In this document: positions 29,205-39,316 of the stretch, piece after piece
How positions within the stretch are numbered: position 1 is the stretch's first letter
Layout of the letters: every line of letters begins with the position of its first letter
NCBI GenBank assembly: GCA_963845565.1
Contig: CAWJSJ010000002.1
Span: 1,056,001 to 1,120,000, forward strand
DNA from: an uncultured Methylomirabilota bacterium
GTDB lineage: Bacteria; Methylomirabilota; Methylomirabilia; Methylomirabilales; 2-02-FULL-66-22
DNA: 64,000 nucleotides
Direction: 5' to 3'
Translations under genes and position numbers: made by a program
The notes under the pieces: generated by a model
Told to the model about the DNA's origin: nothing
The model's database searches: none
What the model saw: only the letters and a program-made list of their open reading frames with translations

Positions 29205-30095
29205 TCAACTCGTCTTGGTCCTGGCCAGCAGGTCCTTGTAATAGGTCGCCTCCGCCTCCCGGATCTTCTGCAACCCGACCAGGCGGTTGAACTCCTCGAA
29301 CGAGATCATCCGGTCCAGGCAGCCCTGCGTCGTCCCCGAGGCCCGCAGCTCTTCCATGACGCGCCGCACGGCCCAGGCGGCCGCGTAGAGGGCCGCCAGC
29401 GGCGAGACCACGACGTCGTAGCCGATGCCCTGCAGCTCCGCTGGGGTGAGGAGGGGGGTCTTGCCCCCCTCGATCATGTTGGCCATGGTGGGGGCGTTGA
29501 CCTCCCTGGTGATTCGCCGCATGTCCTCGACGGAGGGGGGCGCCTCGATAAAAATGAGATCGGCCCCGGCCTCGCGGTAACGGTTGGCCCGCTCAATGGC
29601 CGCGTCGAGGCCATGGATCGCGAGGGCGTCGGTCCGGGCCATGATCACGAGGTCCGGATCCGTCCTGGCGTCCAGGGCTGCCTTGAGCTTGACGACCATC
29701 TCGTCCGTGGGGATGACCTGCTTCCCTTCCATGTGGCCGCAGCGCTTGGGGAAGACCTGGTCCTCGATGAACAGTCCTGCGACTCCGGCCTTTTCAAACT
29801 CCTTGATCGTCCGGGCGACGTTGGTGGCGTTCCCGTGGCCCGTGTCCCCGTCGGCAAAAACGGGGATCGCCACGGCGTCCACGAGGTACTGGGTATGGCG
29901 AACCATCTCGGTGAGGGAGAGGAGGGCCACATCCGGTTTGGCGAGGAGGGCGGCCGAGGTCGGATAGCCGCCCAGGGTGACGGCCTGGAATCCGGCCTGC
30001 TCCACGATCTTGGCCGAGAGGGCGTCGTAGGCTCCCGGCATGACGAGAATCTCCTCGGCAAGGATCAACTGTTTCAGACGCGTCGTTTTCTTCAC
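29205..30095 (-). CDS. Isocitrate lyase/PEP mutase superfamily enzyme (methylisocitrate lyase or dimethylmalate lyase-like)
   Basis: PGAYDALSA, DGDTGHG, EDQVFPKRCGH, ARTDA and NMIEGGKTP. Confidence 0.9.
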   Translation of the reverse strand: MKKTTRLKQLILAEEILVMPGAYDALSAKIVEQAGFQAVTLGGYPTSAALLAKPDVALLSLTEMVRHTQYLVDAVAIPVFADGDTGHGNATNVARTIKEFEKAGVAGLFIEDQVFPKRCGHMEGKQVIPTDEMVVKLKAALDARTDPDLVIMARTDALAIHGLDAAIERANRYREAGADLIFIEAPPSVEDMRRITREVNAPTMANMIEGGKTPLLTPAELQGIGYDVVVSPLAALYAAAWAVRRVMEELRASGTTQGCLDRMISFEEFNRLVGLQKIREAEATYYKDLLARTKTS

Positions 30096-30358
30096 CAGTG
30101 TCCTCCTCTCGGGGGCAGGACGGCCAAGCCCCATCCTGTCCGCCGCGAATCCTCCGACGGGCGCGAATTCTTTCATCTTCAGGAAGCGGTGTCAACGCGG
30201 CTGTGTGGCTTGTGTGGCTTGATTCCGCTTGACGCTGTGGCGGGGGATGCGGCATGCTCGCGGAGAACTCAGGCGTTTCGCGGGGTCTTCCCACGGTCCG
30301 CGAGTAGGCATCGTCTCCGCGACCCGGCGTCGCCGCCGGCAGGGCGAGGTGGAGGGGG

Positions 30359-32878
30359 ATGAGCCGCCAGACATTGCGCACCGTCTTCCGGTTGTTTCTC
30401 GTCGGCCTGGTGCTGGGCTGCGCCGTCCTCGTCGGCGCATTCTTCGTCGTGCTCCGCTCCCCGTACGTCCTGAATTGGCTCGCCCACGGCCTCGGCTACG
30501 CCGTGGACGCCCAGGCGGTGTCGTTATCGCCGACGCTCTCGGGATCCATCTCCGACCTCCGCGTCACCCGGTTGGGCGATGACGGGCTGGTGCTGCACTG
30601 CGCCAGCGTCACGTCCACGACCTCGCTCGACATGATCCTGCAGGGCGAGGTCGACAGCTTGGTGCTCCAGAATCCGACGCTCACGTTCCGGATCGGGGCG
30701 GGGAAGGGCGCCGGCCCCGATCTCTCGTTCCTGGCCAGGCTGCCGCGGGTGCGCCGCCTCGAAATTCAGAACGCCGAGGCGCGCTTTCCGATCGAGGGCG
30801 GGCAGCACGTCGAGCTGACCGGCCTCAACCTGACGGTCAAGGACTTCGCCTCGAAAACTGGCGGCAGCATTGCGGTGCAGACACGCTTCGCCGTGACGAC
30901 CCAAGGGGATGCGGCCATCGCGGCGCGGGGGACGCTGAAGGGCGACTTCCTGTTGACGGCGGCGTATCCCAGGCCCTACGGGAAGGGGCGCATCGAGATC
31001 GCCGTCGACTCTGGAACCTACGCCAGCGCCGGCCGGTCCCTGGCCCTTGCCGGCCTGATGTTGGGGCTTGATCTGACGTACGACCGGGCCACCGAGACAC
31101 TCGCCATCACCCGGCTACGCGGGGAGAGCAAGGACCTGGGCGTCGTCGAAGGGGCCGGTCGGGCGGTGATGCAGGGGGACATGCCGTGGCAGGCGAACCT
31201 GTCGGTGGCGTCGATCGACCTTGCCCAGGTGTTCGGCCTCCTCAAGCCATTTCTCCCGGAGGATTATCGAGCCTGGACGATGCAGGGAAAAGGCGCCGTC
31301 GCGACGGAGATGCAGGGGACGTACGCCGGCGACCGACCGTCGCTCCAGGGGCAGGTGACGTTCACGTTCAGCCAGGGCGGTTTCAGCTCCCCGGACAGCA
31401 CCACCGCCGCGCAGGGGGTGAGCGGTCGGATCATCCTGAAGCTTCGATATGCCCCGTCCGACGAGCGGCTCGCGGTCAACCTCCGCACGGAACAGCAGGA
31501 CGGGGAGTACCTGTGGAAAACCTTCTACGGCAATCTGGGGAGCAGGCAGGCGTCGCTCACGGCAGAGGGGGGCGTGTCGCTCGGTGGAGACCGGGCCTTT
31601 GATCTGACGGGCTCGCTCGACGTCTTCCAGACCGGGGACTACGCGTTTCGTGCCGGCGGGACGAGAGACGCCTGGATGCTCCAGTTCACGGCCGCCGAGA
31701 TGTCGCACGACCGGCTGCTCGCCCTCTTTCTCCGGGACTCACTCAAGGATCTTTCGCCGCGCCTGGCCGACCTCGCGGCGACCGGGACGTCGGCGCTGGA
31801 GGCCGCGGTGCGGTACGATGGCACGGCGGCGACAATCAGGGGAACGTACCGGATCGCCGGGGCGACGATCCGGGCGCCGGCGATTCCTCTCGCGCTCCAC
31901 GAGGTGGAAGCGCACCTCCCTTTTGACCTGGTGTATCCGGCATCGGCCGCAGGGCCTGCGCCCTACGCCGCCGCGCCGGGTTTCATCCAGTTCGGGTCCG
32001 TCCAGGGGGAGCGTCTGGCGGTCGAGGGGCTCCGGATTCCGGTCCTGATCCGGCGTAACCGGCTGGAAGTGACGGAGGCGGTGGCCGTCCCATTCTTCGG
32101 GGGGACCATCCACCTTTCCGGCATCCAGGTGGACGATGTGCTCTCCCCCGAGGCGGGTCAGATCGGGGTCAGGATCGCCGGTGTCGACCTCGGCCGCCTG
32201 AGCCGGGGACTGACCGGGATCGAGTATCCGGGCACGATCGACGCCGACTTCGGCGTGATGCGGTACGCGCACGGCCGGGTGACGTCGCAGGGGAAGGCGA
32301 TCGTGCGCTTCTTCGGCGGCGAGGTGGAGGCCGTCAATCTCTTCGCCGAGCGTCCGGCCTCCTTGGCGCAGCGGATCGGCGGCGACATCACGTTTCGGAA
32401 CATCAATCTCGAGGAGGTCACGAAGCGGATCGCGATCGGAAAGATGACCGGGATCGTCCAGGGGTCGCTGCGGGATTTCGTGATGGAGTACGGGCAGCCG
32501 GCGCGCTTCGTCTTGGAGGTGGAGTCGGTCGAGACGGCGGGGATCTCGCAGCGGATCAGCACGGATGCCATCGAGAGCATCTCGATCCTCGGCACGGGCG
32601 CCGACAGTGCGCTCAACCGCGGGATCACCCGGTTCTTCCGGGACTACCCGTACCGCAAGATCGGCTTTCGCTGCGTGCTCGCCAACGATCAGTTCTCCGT
32701 CAACGGCACCATCCACGAAGGCGGGACGGAGTACCTGGTGCGACGGGGATTCCTGCGCGGGGTTGACGTGGTGAACCGGAATCCGGAGAATGTGATCAGC
32801 TTCAAGGATATGCAAGAGCGTGTCGGGCGCCTTGCCCGGCCGGCCCAGGGGGAGCCTGTCGGGGTCGAGGTGCACTGA
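30359..32878 (+). CDS. YdbH-like (AsmA-clan) bridge-like envelope protein
   Basis: N-terminal TM anchor, long beta-rich repeats, C-terminal QRISTDAIESIS and FRDYPYRKIGFRC..N motifs; upstream of a YdbL gene. Confidence 0.7.
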   Translation: MSRQTLRTVFRLFLVGLVLGCAVLVGAFFVVLRSPYVLNWLAHGLGYAVDAQAVSLSPTLSGSISDLRVTRLGDDGLVLHCASVTSTTSLDMILQGEVDSLVLQNPTLTFRIGAGKGAGPDLSFLARLPRVRRLEIQNAEARFPIEGGQHVELTGLNLTVKDFASKTGGSIAVQTRFAVTTQGDAAIAARGTLKGDFLLTAAYPRPYGKGRIEIAVDSGTYASAGRSLALAGLMLGLDLTYDRATETLAITRLRGESKDLGVVEGAGRAVMQGDMPWQANLSVASIDLAQVFGLLKPFLPEDYRAWTMQGKGAVATEMQGTYAGDRPSLQGQVTFTFSQGGFSSPDSTTAAQGVSGRIILKLRYAPSDERLAVNLRTEQQDGEYLWKTFYGNLGSRQASLTAEGGVSLGGDRAFDLTGSLDVFQTGDYAFRAGGTRDAWMLQFTAAEMSHDRLLALFLRDSLKDLSPRLADLAATGTSALEAAVRYDGTAATIRGTYRIAGATIRAPAIPLALHEVEAHLPFDLVYPASAAGPAPYAAAPGFIQFGSVQGERLAVEGLRIPVLIRRNRLEVTEAVAVPFFGGTIHLSGIQVDDVLSPEAGQIGVRIAGVDLGRLSRGLTGIEYPGTIDADFGVMRYAHGRVTSQGKAIVRFFGGEVEAVNLFAERPASLAQRIGGDITFRNINLEEVTKRIAIGKMTGIVQGSLRDFVMEYGQPARFVLEVESVETAGISQRISTDAIESISILGTGADSALNRGITRFFRDYPYRKIGFRCVLANDQFSVNGTIHEGGTEYLVRRGFLRGVDVVNRNPENVISFKDMQERVGRLARPAQGEPVGVEVH

Positions 32879-32958
32879 CCCGACGCCAGACGCGGACCCA
32901 TTCGGGCCTGCTCTGCGGTGGGAATCAACGAACGCATGTATGCCGATAGGAGGCAATC

Positions 32959-33555
32959 ATGGGCGGGAAGCGGCGATGGTTAATCGGGCTCTTGATAGTT
33001 CTGCTCGTGTCGTGCGTGACGGTGAACATCTATTTCCCGGCGGCGGCCATTCAAAAGGCGGCCGACCAGATCGTGGACGATGTCCGCAAGACGCCGGAGC
33101 CGAAACCCGAACAGAAACCCGAACAGAAGCCGGATAAGTCCAGCCTGTTGGATCGAGTCCTGGTGGTCCGACTCGGACCGGCCGAGGCGCAGGCGGCGGC
33201 GGTGGATGTGAACGTCTCGACACCGGCGATCCGGAACATCCGGGCGTCGCTCGCCAACCGCTTTCCGCAACTGCAGCCGCTCTACGGCAAAGGGGCGATC
33301 GGCGAGACGAACACCGGCCTGATCGCCGCGCGGGACATCGGCGCGCTTTCGCTCAAGGAGAAAGCCGACGTGAACCGTCTGGTGGAGCAGGAAAACGCCG
33401 ATCGCCAGGCGCTCTATACCGAGATCATCCGGGCCAACAGCCTCGCCCCGAGCCAGTTGGGTGAAATCCAGCGCCTGTTCGCCAACAGTTGGCGCGACAA
33501 GTCGGCTCCCGGGTGGTGGATCCAACAGGACAACGGCCAGTGGGGGCGAAAGTAG
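32959..33555 (+). CDS. YnbE-like lipoprotein fused to YdbL (DUF1318)
   Basis: Lipobox LVSC followed by VTVNIYFP; GAIGETNTG, ENADRQALY and PGWWIQ..NGQW. The linker has a KPEQ tandem repeat (33094-33138). Confidence 0.85.
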   Translation: MGGKRRWLIGLLIVLLVSCVTVNIYFPAAAIQKAADQIVDDVRKTPEPKPEQKPEQKPDKSSLLDRVLVVRLGPAEAQAAAVDVNVSTPAIRNIRASLANRFPQLQPLYGKGAIGETNTGLIAARDIGALSLKEKADVNRLVEQENADRQALYTEIIRANSLAPSQLGEIQRLFANSWRDKSAPGWWIQQDNGQWGRK

Positions 33556-33590
33556 GGCCTCCCCACACGACGGCCGGTTCCCGTTCGCCC

Positions 33591-33620
33591 TTGACACTTT
33601 CCGATCCGATACAGTATAGA
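33591..33620 (+). promoter_or_regulatory. Putative sigma70 promoter
   Basis: TTGACA-18-TATAGA upstream of the ABC operon. Confidence 0.55.
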
Positions 33621-33697
33621 CCTGCTCACACCAGGGGGCGTCACCACATGCTGTCGATCCGTCAGCGCTGGCCACATCTCTCCCGCAGGCGACACGC

Positions 33698-34531
33698 ATG
33701 AGCGCGTCGCCGTCCGTGACGGGCGCTGCCCGCCCATACTCGGCCCCCGTCCGCTGGCTCCTGCGTGCCCGGCACGTTCTGCTCAGCTTCCTGGTGCTGT
33801 TCCTGGTCTGGGAGATCTTGGTGCGCCTGCTGCGGGTGCCGATGTACCTCTTGCCCCCGCCCTCCAAGATCGTCGCGGACTTCCTGGTCCGCTGGCCCCG
33901 CATGGCGCAGCACACCCTCATCACCACGCAAGAGATCCTGGCCGGGTATTTTGCGGCCGTCGCCATCAGCATCCCGTTGGCGTTGACGATCGCCCACTCC
34001 CGGCTGATGGAGCGGTCGGTCTATCCGGTCATCGTGTTCTTCCAGATCGTCCCCAAGATCGCCATCGCCCCGCTCTTCATCATCTGGTTCGGATTCGGCT
34101 TCACACCCAAGCTGCTCCTGGTCTTTCTGCTGTCGTTCTTTCCCATCGTGGTCAGCAGCATCGCCGGGTTCAAGTCCGTGGATCCGGACATCATGGACCT
34201 GGCCCGCTCCACGGGGGCGAGCAAGTGGATGATCTTCCGGAAGATCCGGTTCCCTGCCGCGCTTCCGAGCATGTTCACGGGGCTCAAGGTCGCGGCGGCG
34301 CTCTCGGCCACGGCGGCGGTGGTGGCAGAGTTCGTCGCCTCGGACAAAGGACTCGGCTATCTCCTGCTGGAGTTCAACGGCGATCTCAACACGTCCATGG
34401 TCTTCGCGACGATCGTGGTTTTGAGCATCGTCGGCCTGCTCCTCTATTACGGCGTGGAGATGATCGAACGGATCGCTATTCCCTGGCACGCCTCCATGCA
34501 GGAGGAGGTCCGGGACGCGGATTACCTCTAG
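33698..34531 (+). CDS. NitT/TauT-family ABC permease
   Basis: LLPPPSKI, PKIAIAPLFIIWFGFG and AEFVASDKGLG. Confidence 0.92.
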   Translation: MSASPSVTGAARPYSAPVRWLLRARHVLLSFLVLFLVWEILVRLLRVPMYLLPPPSKIVADFLVRWPRMAQHTLITTQEILAGYFAAVAISIPLALTIAHSRLMERSVYPVIVFFQIVPKIAIAPLFIIWFGFGFTPKLLLVFLLSFFPIVVSSIAGFKSVDPDIMDLARSTGASKWMIFRKIRFPAALPSMFTGLKVAAALSATAAVVAEFVASDKGLGYLLLEFNGDLNTSMVFATIVVLSIVGLLLYYGVEMIERIAIPWHASMQEEVRDADYL

Positions 34532-34625
34532 TAACCGGGCTCGGCGGCCGGGCCGCCGGGACCGGTCGGTGCGTGCGTTCTTTCGAGAGGGAAGGTCGGG
34601 TGTTCTACACAAGAGGAGGAGTGCG

Positions 34626-35609
34626 ATGAAGCGTCAACATCTGGGGGCGATGGGCGTGGTGCTGCTGGCAGGGATCCTGGCGCTGGGTAGCGCAGCGTCG
34701 GCCGCCGACAAGGCCTCGCTGCGGTTGAACTGGTACCTCGGCGGGTTGCACAGCCCCTTTTATCTGGGGGTGGAGCGGGGCTTCTACAAGGACGAGGGGA
34801 TCGATCTGACCATCAACGAGGGGCGCGGCTCGGCCGCCGCGGCGCAGATCATTGGCGCCAAGGGGGACACCTTCGGCATGTCGGACGCGGGCAGCCTGAT
34901 GCTGGCGGCCTCCAAGGGGATGCCGATCCGGTCGGTCTTCACTCTGCTGAGCAGCTCGGATTTCGCCATCATCTCCCTGGAGGAGAATGGCATCAAGTCC
35001 CCCAAGGACCTGGAGGGAAAGACAGTGGCCTCGTCCGCCGGGGACGCCCTGACGCAGCTCCTTCCGGCCGTGATCGAGGCCAACGGCCTGACCAAGGACA
35101 AGATCAAGGTCGTGTTCATGGATCCGCCTGCCAAACCGGTCGCCTTGATGGAGAAGAAGGTGGACGCGCTCCTGGGCGGGGCCAGCGATCAGTTCTGGCT
35201 CGTCAAGTATAAGGGATTCAAGCCGACGCGGCTGATGTTCGCGGAGATCGGCGTGGACACCATCGGCATGACCCTACATGCCCACCCGGACACGCTGAAG
35301 GACAGCCCGGACATGGTGCGGCGCTTCGCCAAGGCGACAATCCGCTCCTGGGAGGCCGCGCGACAGGACCCGGCGGCGGCCGCCAAGGCCGCGGTGAAAG
35401 TGAAGCCCGACCTGAACGCGTCCTCGACCGAGGACCAACTGCGGACGAACCTGACCCAGCTTCACTCCAAGAATTCGCAGGGCAAGTCCATCGGCTTCTC
35501 GGCGCCCCAGGATTGGGAGCACACCATGATGCTGCTCAAGAAGTATCGCGATCTGCAGACGGACAAGCCGGCGACCTTCTTTTACACCAACGACTTCATG
35601 CCCAAGTAG
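34626..35609 (+). CDS. NMT1/THI5-like ABC substrate-binding protein
   Basis: LRLNWYLGGLHSPFYLG..GFYKDEGIDLTI.EGRGS and FYTNDF; signal peptide. Confidence 0.9.
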   Translation: MKRQHLGAMGVVLLAGILALGSAASAADKASLRLNWYLGGLHSPFYLGVERGFYKDEGIDLTINEGRGSAAAAQIIGAKGDTFGMSDAGSLMLAASKGMPIRSVFTLLSSSDFAIISLEENGIKSPKDLEGKTVASSAGDALTQLLPAVIEANGLTKDKIKVVFMDPPAKPVALMEKKVDALLGGASDQFWLVKYKGFKPTRLMFAEIGVDTIGMTLHAHPDTLKDSPDMVRRFAKATIRSWEAARQDPAAAAKAAVKVKPDLNASSTEDQLRTNLTQLHSKNSQGKSIGFSAPQDWEHTMMLLKKYRDLQTDKPATFFYTNDFMPK

Positions 35610-35636
35610 GGTGGCGGGAACGGATCGGATCTGCGG

Positions 35637-36455
35637 ATGATGGAGCAAGCCGGACATGCCATCGAGGTGTCGGGCGTCAGCATGGTGTTCCGCAAGGGCA
35701 CGGCGCAGACCCATGCCCTTGCGGCCATCGACCTTGCCTTCGGCCAGGGGGAGTTCGTGGCCATCGTGGGCCCCTCCGGCTGCGGCAAGAGCACGCTCAT
35801 GCGGCTCATCGCCGGGCTGGTCCCGGCGACGAGCGGCCGGATCGTCTTCGGGGGCCGGCCGGTGGCCGGCCCCGTGAAGGAGCTGGGCATCGTGTTCCAG
35901 AACCCTGTGCTGCTCGACTGGCGCACGGTGCTCGGCAACGTCATGCTGCAGATCGAGATGCGCGGGCTGGACCCACGGCGGTACCTCGACCAGGCACGGT
36001 CACTCCTGGAACTGGTGGGGCTCCGCGACTTCTTGTCCAGTTATCCGCGCGAGCTCTCCGGCGGCATGCGTCAGCGGACGGCGCTCGTGCGGGCGCTGAT
36101 CCACGATCCCCCGGTGCTCTTCATGGACGAGCCCTTCGGGGCGCTGGACGCCCTGACGCGGGAGCAGATGCGGATCGACCTGGAGTCCCTGCTCATGAGC
36201 CGACCCAAGACCGTGCTGTTCATCACCCACAGCATCGACGAGGCGGTCCTGCTGGCGGACCGGGTGGTGGTGATGTCGCCCCGACCCGGCCGCGTCGAGC
36301 GGATCATCGCCATCGACCTACCCCGGCCGCGCGGCCTGGAGGGGCGCGCCCTGCCCGGGTTCAGCGCGGCGCATGAAACCATCACTGAGATCTTCCTGGC
36401 TCGCGGCGTGCTGCGGAGTCAGCCGTCTTCGCTCTCACCTTCACCACGGGGATGA
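35637..36455 (+). CDS. NitT/TauT-family ABC ATPase
   Basis: GPSGCGKST, LSGGMRQR, MDEPFGALD and THSIDEA. Confidence 0.93.
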   Translation: MMEQAGHAIEVSGVSMVFRKGTAQTHALAAIDLAFGQGEFVAIVGPSGCGKSTLMRLIAGLVPATSGRIVFGGRPVAGPVKELGIVFQNPVLLDWRTVLGNVMLQIEMRGLDPRRYLDQARSLLELVGLRDFLSSYPRELSGGMRQRTALVRALIHDPPVLFMDEPFGALDALTREQMRIDLESLLMSRPKTVLFITHSIDEAVLLADRVVVMSPRPGRVERIIAIDLPRPRGLEGRALPGFSAAHETITEIFLARGVLRSQPSSLSPSPRG

Positions 36456-36459
36456 CGCC

Positions 36460-37380
36460 ATGACCACATTCACAGCCCAAGGGATCATCGCGGCTCCGGT
36501 CCTGCCGATGAAAACGGATTTCTCCATCGACTGGCCGTCGCTGCGCTCGTATCTGGCCTGGCTCGCCAAGCAGCGGCCCACGGCCATCGCCATGAACATG
36601 GATGCCAGCGAGGGGCCGTCCCTGAGCCGAGACGAGATGCTGGAGGTGATCCGCGTCTCCCGGGCGGTGATCAAGGACGCCTGTCCGCTGGTGTCCGGGC
36701 TGATCGCCGGCTCGACCGCAGACGCGGTGGCATTCGGCAAGCAGCTGAAGGCGGCCGGGGCCCAAGGGCTGGCCATCTTCCCGCCGTTTCCCACGTTTCT
36801 AGGAAACCCGGTGCCCACCCGGATGATCTTCGAGTATCACAAGGCCATCGCGGACGGGGTGAAGCTGCCGCTGATTGCGTTCCAGTTCCCCAAGGCCTGG
36901 GGGCCGGACTTCCCGCCGGAGACGCTCCGCGAGCTGGTGAAGATCCCGCAGATCATCGGCTTGAAAGAGGCCTCCTTCGACACCACCAAGACGCTGGAGA
37001 CCATCGACACCGCCCGGGCGCTGCGCCGCAAGATCGGGATCATGACCGGGAGCGACACCTTCATCCTCGAAGCGATGATCTTCGGCTGCGACGGGGCCCT
37101 GATCGGGTTTGCCTGCACGGCGACCGACCAGCTGATCCGGATGCACCGGGCCGTGACGGAGAAGGATTTCGACACGGCGTTCGAGATCTGGCGTCGCCTG
37201 GGGCCGCTGGCGCGCTACGCCTGGCGCGCCCCCATCCGCGATTACCGGCCGCGGATGAAAGAGGTCCTGGTGATGCAGGGGCTGATCCGGCATGCCGCCG
37301 TGCGGCCGCCGCAGCTCCCGGTGAGTTCCGCGGAGCGCGCCGAGCTCCGGCGACTGGCGAAACACGCCGGCCTGATCTAG
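36460..37380 (+). CDS. DapA/NAL-family class I aldolase (atypical active site)
   Basis: MTTFTAQGIIAAPVLP; Schiff-base Lys in IGLKEAS; DASEG where GTTGE is usual. Confidence 0.85.
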   Translation: MTTFTAQGIIAAPVLPMKTDFSIDWPSLRSYLAWLAKQRPTAIAMNMDASEGPSLSRDEMLEVIRVSRAVIKDACPLVSGLIAGSTADAVAFGKQLKAAGAQGLAIFPPFPTFLGNPVPTRMIFEYHKAIADGVKLPLIAFQFPKAWGPDFPPETLRELVKIPQIIGLKEASFDTTKTLETIDTARALRRKIGIMTGSDTFILEAMIFGCDGALIGFACTATDQLIRMHRAVTEKDFDTAFEIWRRLGPLARYAWRAPIRDYRPRMKEVLVMQGLIRHAAVRPPQLPVSSAERAELRRLAKHAGLI

Positions 37381-37505
37381 TCGGCCGCTGAAAACGGTCC
37401 ATCTGCTGCGTTGGCCCGCTCGGGCACTCGCTGCGGCGTACCCAGTGTACGCCTCACTCGGCCCTTCGCGGACCGCCTTGCACCTGGGCCGTTTTGAGCG
37501 GCCTG
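37381..37505 (+). mobile_element. MITE-like family A, copy 5
   Basis: CTAG-TCGGCCGCTGAAAACGGTCCA...TGGGCCGTTTTGAGCGGCCTG. Confidence 0.85.
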
Positions 37506-37645
37506 GCGCAACCTGTGTCGTTCCGCACCGTTCTCGTTTTTCGGATCGCGATGTTCTTGCGGCGCGGGCCAGCCTCTCGTCGTGGCCCGTGCCGCCCCGA
37601 ACGGACACCGGGCCACTCTCCTCGCACCCCACCGGGAGTTCTTCC

Positions 37646-39112
37646 ATGGCACACCGCGTGTCGTTTCCCGCCGTGGCCGCGTTCCGCGACGTGGCGGCTT
37701 TCAAGGCACACCTGGCCACGCTGCCCATCCGCCTGGCGTGCGACGATGCGCTGCTGTCTCCGGACCGGAGCGTCCTGGCGCAGCCGCTGCGGGTGGAAGG
37801 GCGCCTGGTCGGCAACCGGCTCTGCATCCATGCCATGGGCGGGATGGACGGGACGCCGGACGGGAAGACCACTGAACTCGTCACGCGGCGCTGGGTGAAT
37901 TTCGGGCGGTCGGGCGCCAAGCTGATCTGGGGCGGCGAGGCGGCGGCGGTGACGCCCGAGTCTCGAGACAACCCCTTCCAGCTCTATTACCATCCCGACA
38001 ACCGGGCCAGCCAGGAACGATTGCTCCGCGATCTGCGCGCCGCGCACCGCGAGCGCTTCGGGACCACCGACGGCCTACTCGTCGGGCTCCAGATCAGCCA
38101 TTCCGGGCGGTACTGCCGGCCGGACCAGGATTTCCTGGCGAAGCCGCGGATCGCCTACCGGCATCCGCTGCTCGACGAGCGCTCCGGCGTCCGAGACGAT
38201 CGGGCGATCCTGTCCGACATGGAACTGGACGACCTGGTCGGCCACTTCGCGACCTACGCCAGGTTCGCGCAGGAGGCGGGGTTCGACTTCGTGGACGTCA
38301 AGCAGTGTCATGCCTACCTGCTTCACGAGATGCTCTCGGCGCACACGCGGCCGGGCCGGTACGGCGGGAGCTTCGAGAACCGGACGCGGCTATTCCGCGA
38401 GATCGTCACTGCGATTCACCGAGATGTCCCGGGACTCTTGCTCGGGACACGGGTATCCATCTTCGATCTGGTGCCCTTCCAGAAACCGCCGGGCGATCCG
38501 ACGGGGGCCGGCGAACCCGTGCCCTACGAGCACCTGCTACCCTATCGGTATGGGTTCGGCCTCGACCCGGAGCGGCCGACGGAGCCGGACCTCACGGAGC
38601 CGCTGGAACTCCTGCGGCTCTGCGACCGGCTGGGCGTGCGCTTCATCAACATCTCGGCCGGGAGTCCGTACTACAATCCGCATATCCAGCGCCCGGCGCG
38701 CTATCCCCCGTGCGACGGGTACTGGCCGCCCGAGGACCCGCTGATCGGCTGCGCCCGACAGATCGAGGCGGTGGCCCGCTGCAAGGGGGCCTTCCCGCAC
38801 CTCGTCATGGTGGGCACGGGATACTCCTATCTGCAGGAGTACCTGGGCCACGTGGCCCAGGCGCAGGTGCGGCTCGGTCAGGTGGACTCCGTCGGTGTCG
38901 GTCGGCTGGCGTTCGCCTATCCGGACTATACGCACGACCTGCTCTACGGCGGCGGGGTGGTCCGAAAACGGCTCTGCCGCACCGACAGCGATTGCACCAC
39001 CGCGATGCGAAATCGCTTGGTGTCCGGGTGCTACCCGTACGATCCGTTCTACAAGGCACTCCCCGAAGCGCAGCAGCTCCGCCAGATCAAGCGCGGCGCG
39101 CCCCGGCCATGA
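37646..39112 (+). CDS. NADH:flavin oxidoreductase (Old Yellow Enzyme family)
   Basis: GNRLCIHAM, GAKLIWGGEA, QISHSGR, KQCHAYLLHE, YGGSFENRTR and C-terminal CRTDSDCTT..R. Confidence 0.9.
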   Translation: MAHRVSFPAVAAFRDVAAFKAHLATLPIRLACDDALLSPDRSVLAQPLRVEGRLVGNRLCIHAMGGMDGTPDGKTTELVTRRWVNFGRSGAKLIWGGEAAAVTPESRDNPFQLYYHPDNRASQERLLRDLRAAHRERFGTTDGLLVGLQISHSGRYCRPDQDFLAKPRIAYRHPLLDERSGVRDDRAILSDMELDDLVGHFATYARFAQEAGFDFVDVKQCHAYLLHEMLSAHTRPGRYGGSFENRTRLFREIVTAIHRDVPGLLLGTRVSIFDLVPFQKPPGDPTGAGEPVPYEHLLPYRYGFGLDPERPTEPDLTEPLELLRLCDRLGVRFINISAGSPYYNPHIQRPARYPPCDGYWPPEDPLIGCARQIEAVARCKGAFPHLVMVGTGYSYLQEYLGHVAQAQVRLGQVDSVGVGRLAFAYPDYTHDLLYGGGVVRKRLCRTDSDCTTAMRNRLVSGCYPYDPFYKALPEAQQLRQIKRGAPRP

Positions 39113-39316
39113 GGCCGAGGGCGCAACGCTAGGCTAGGCTCGACCCATCGAGTACCCGAGCCGGGGGGCACGACGACGCCCCCCGGTTTCGATTTGTGCG
39201 CATCTCGAACGCCCCGCATGGCGGCCCGCGGTCAGTCGTTTTCCCTTGCCATGATCGGACCCTTTCATGTAAGTATCCGGTCTGCCCGCGACCGCGGGAG
39301 GGGGAATCGTCTGCCC

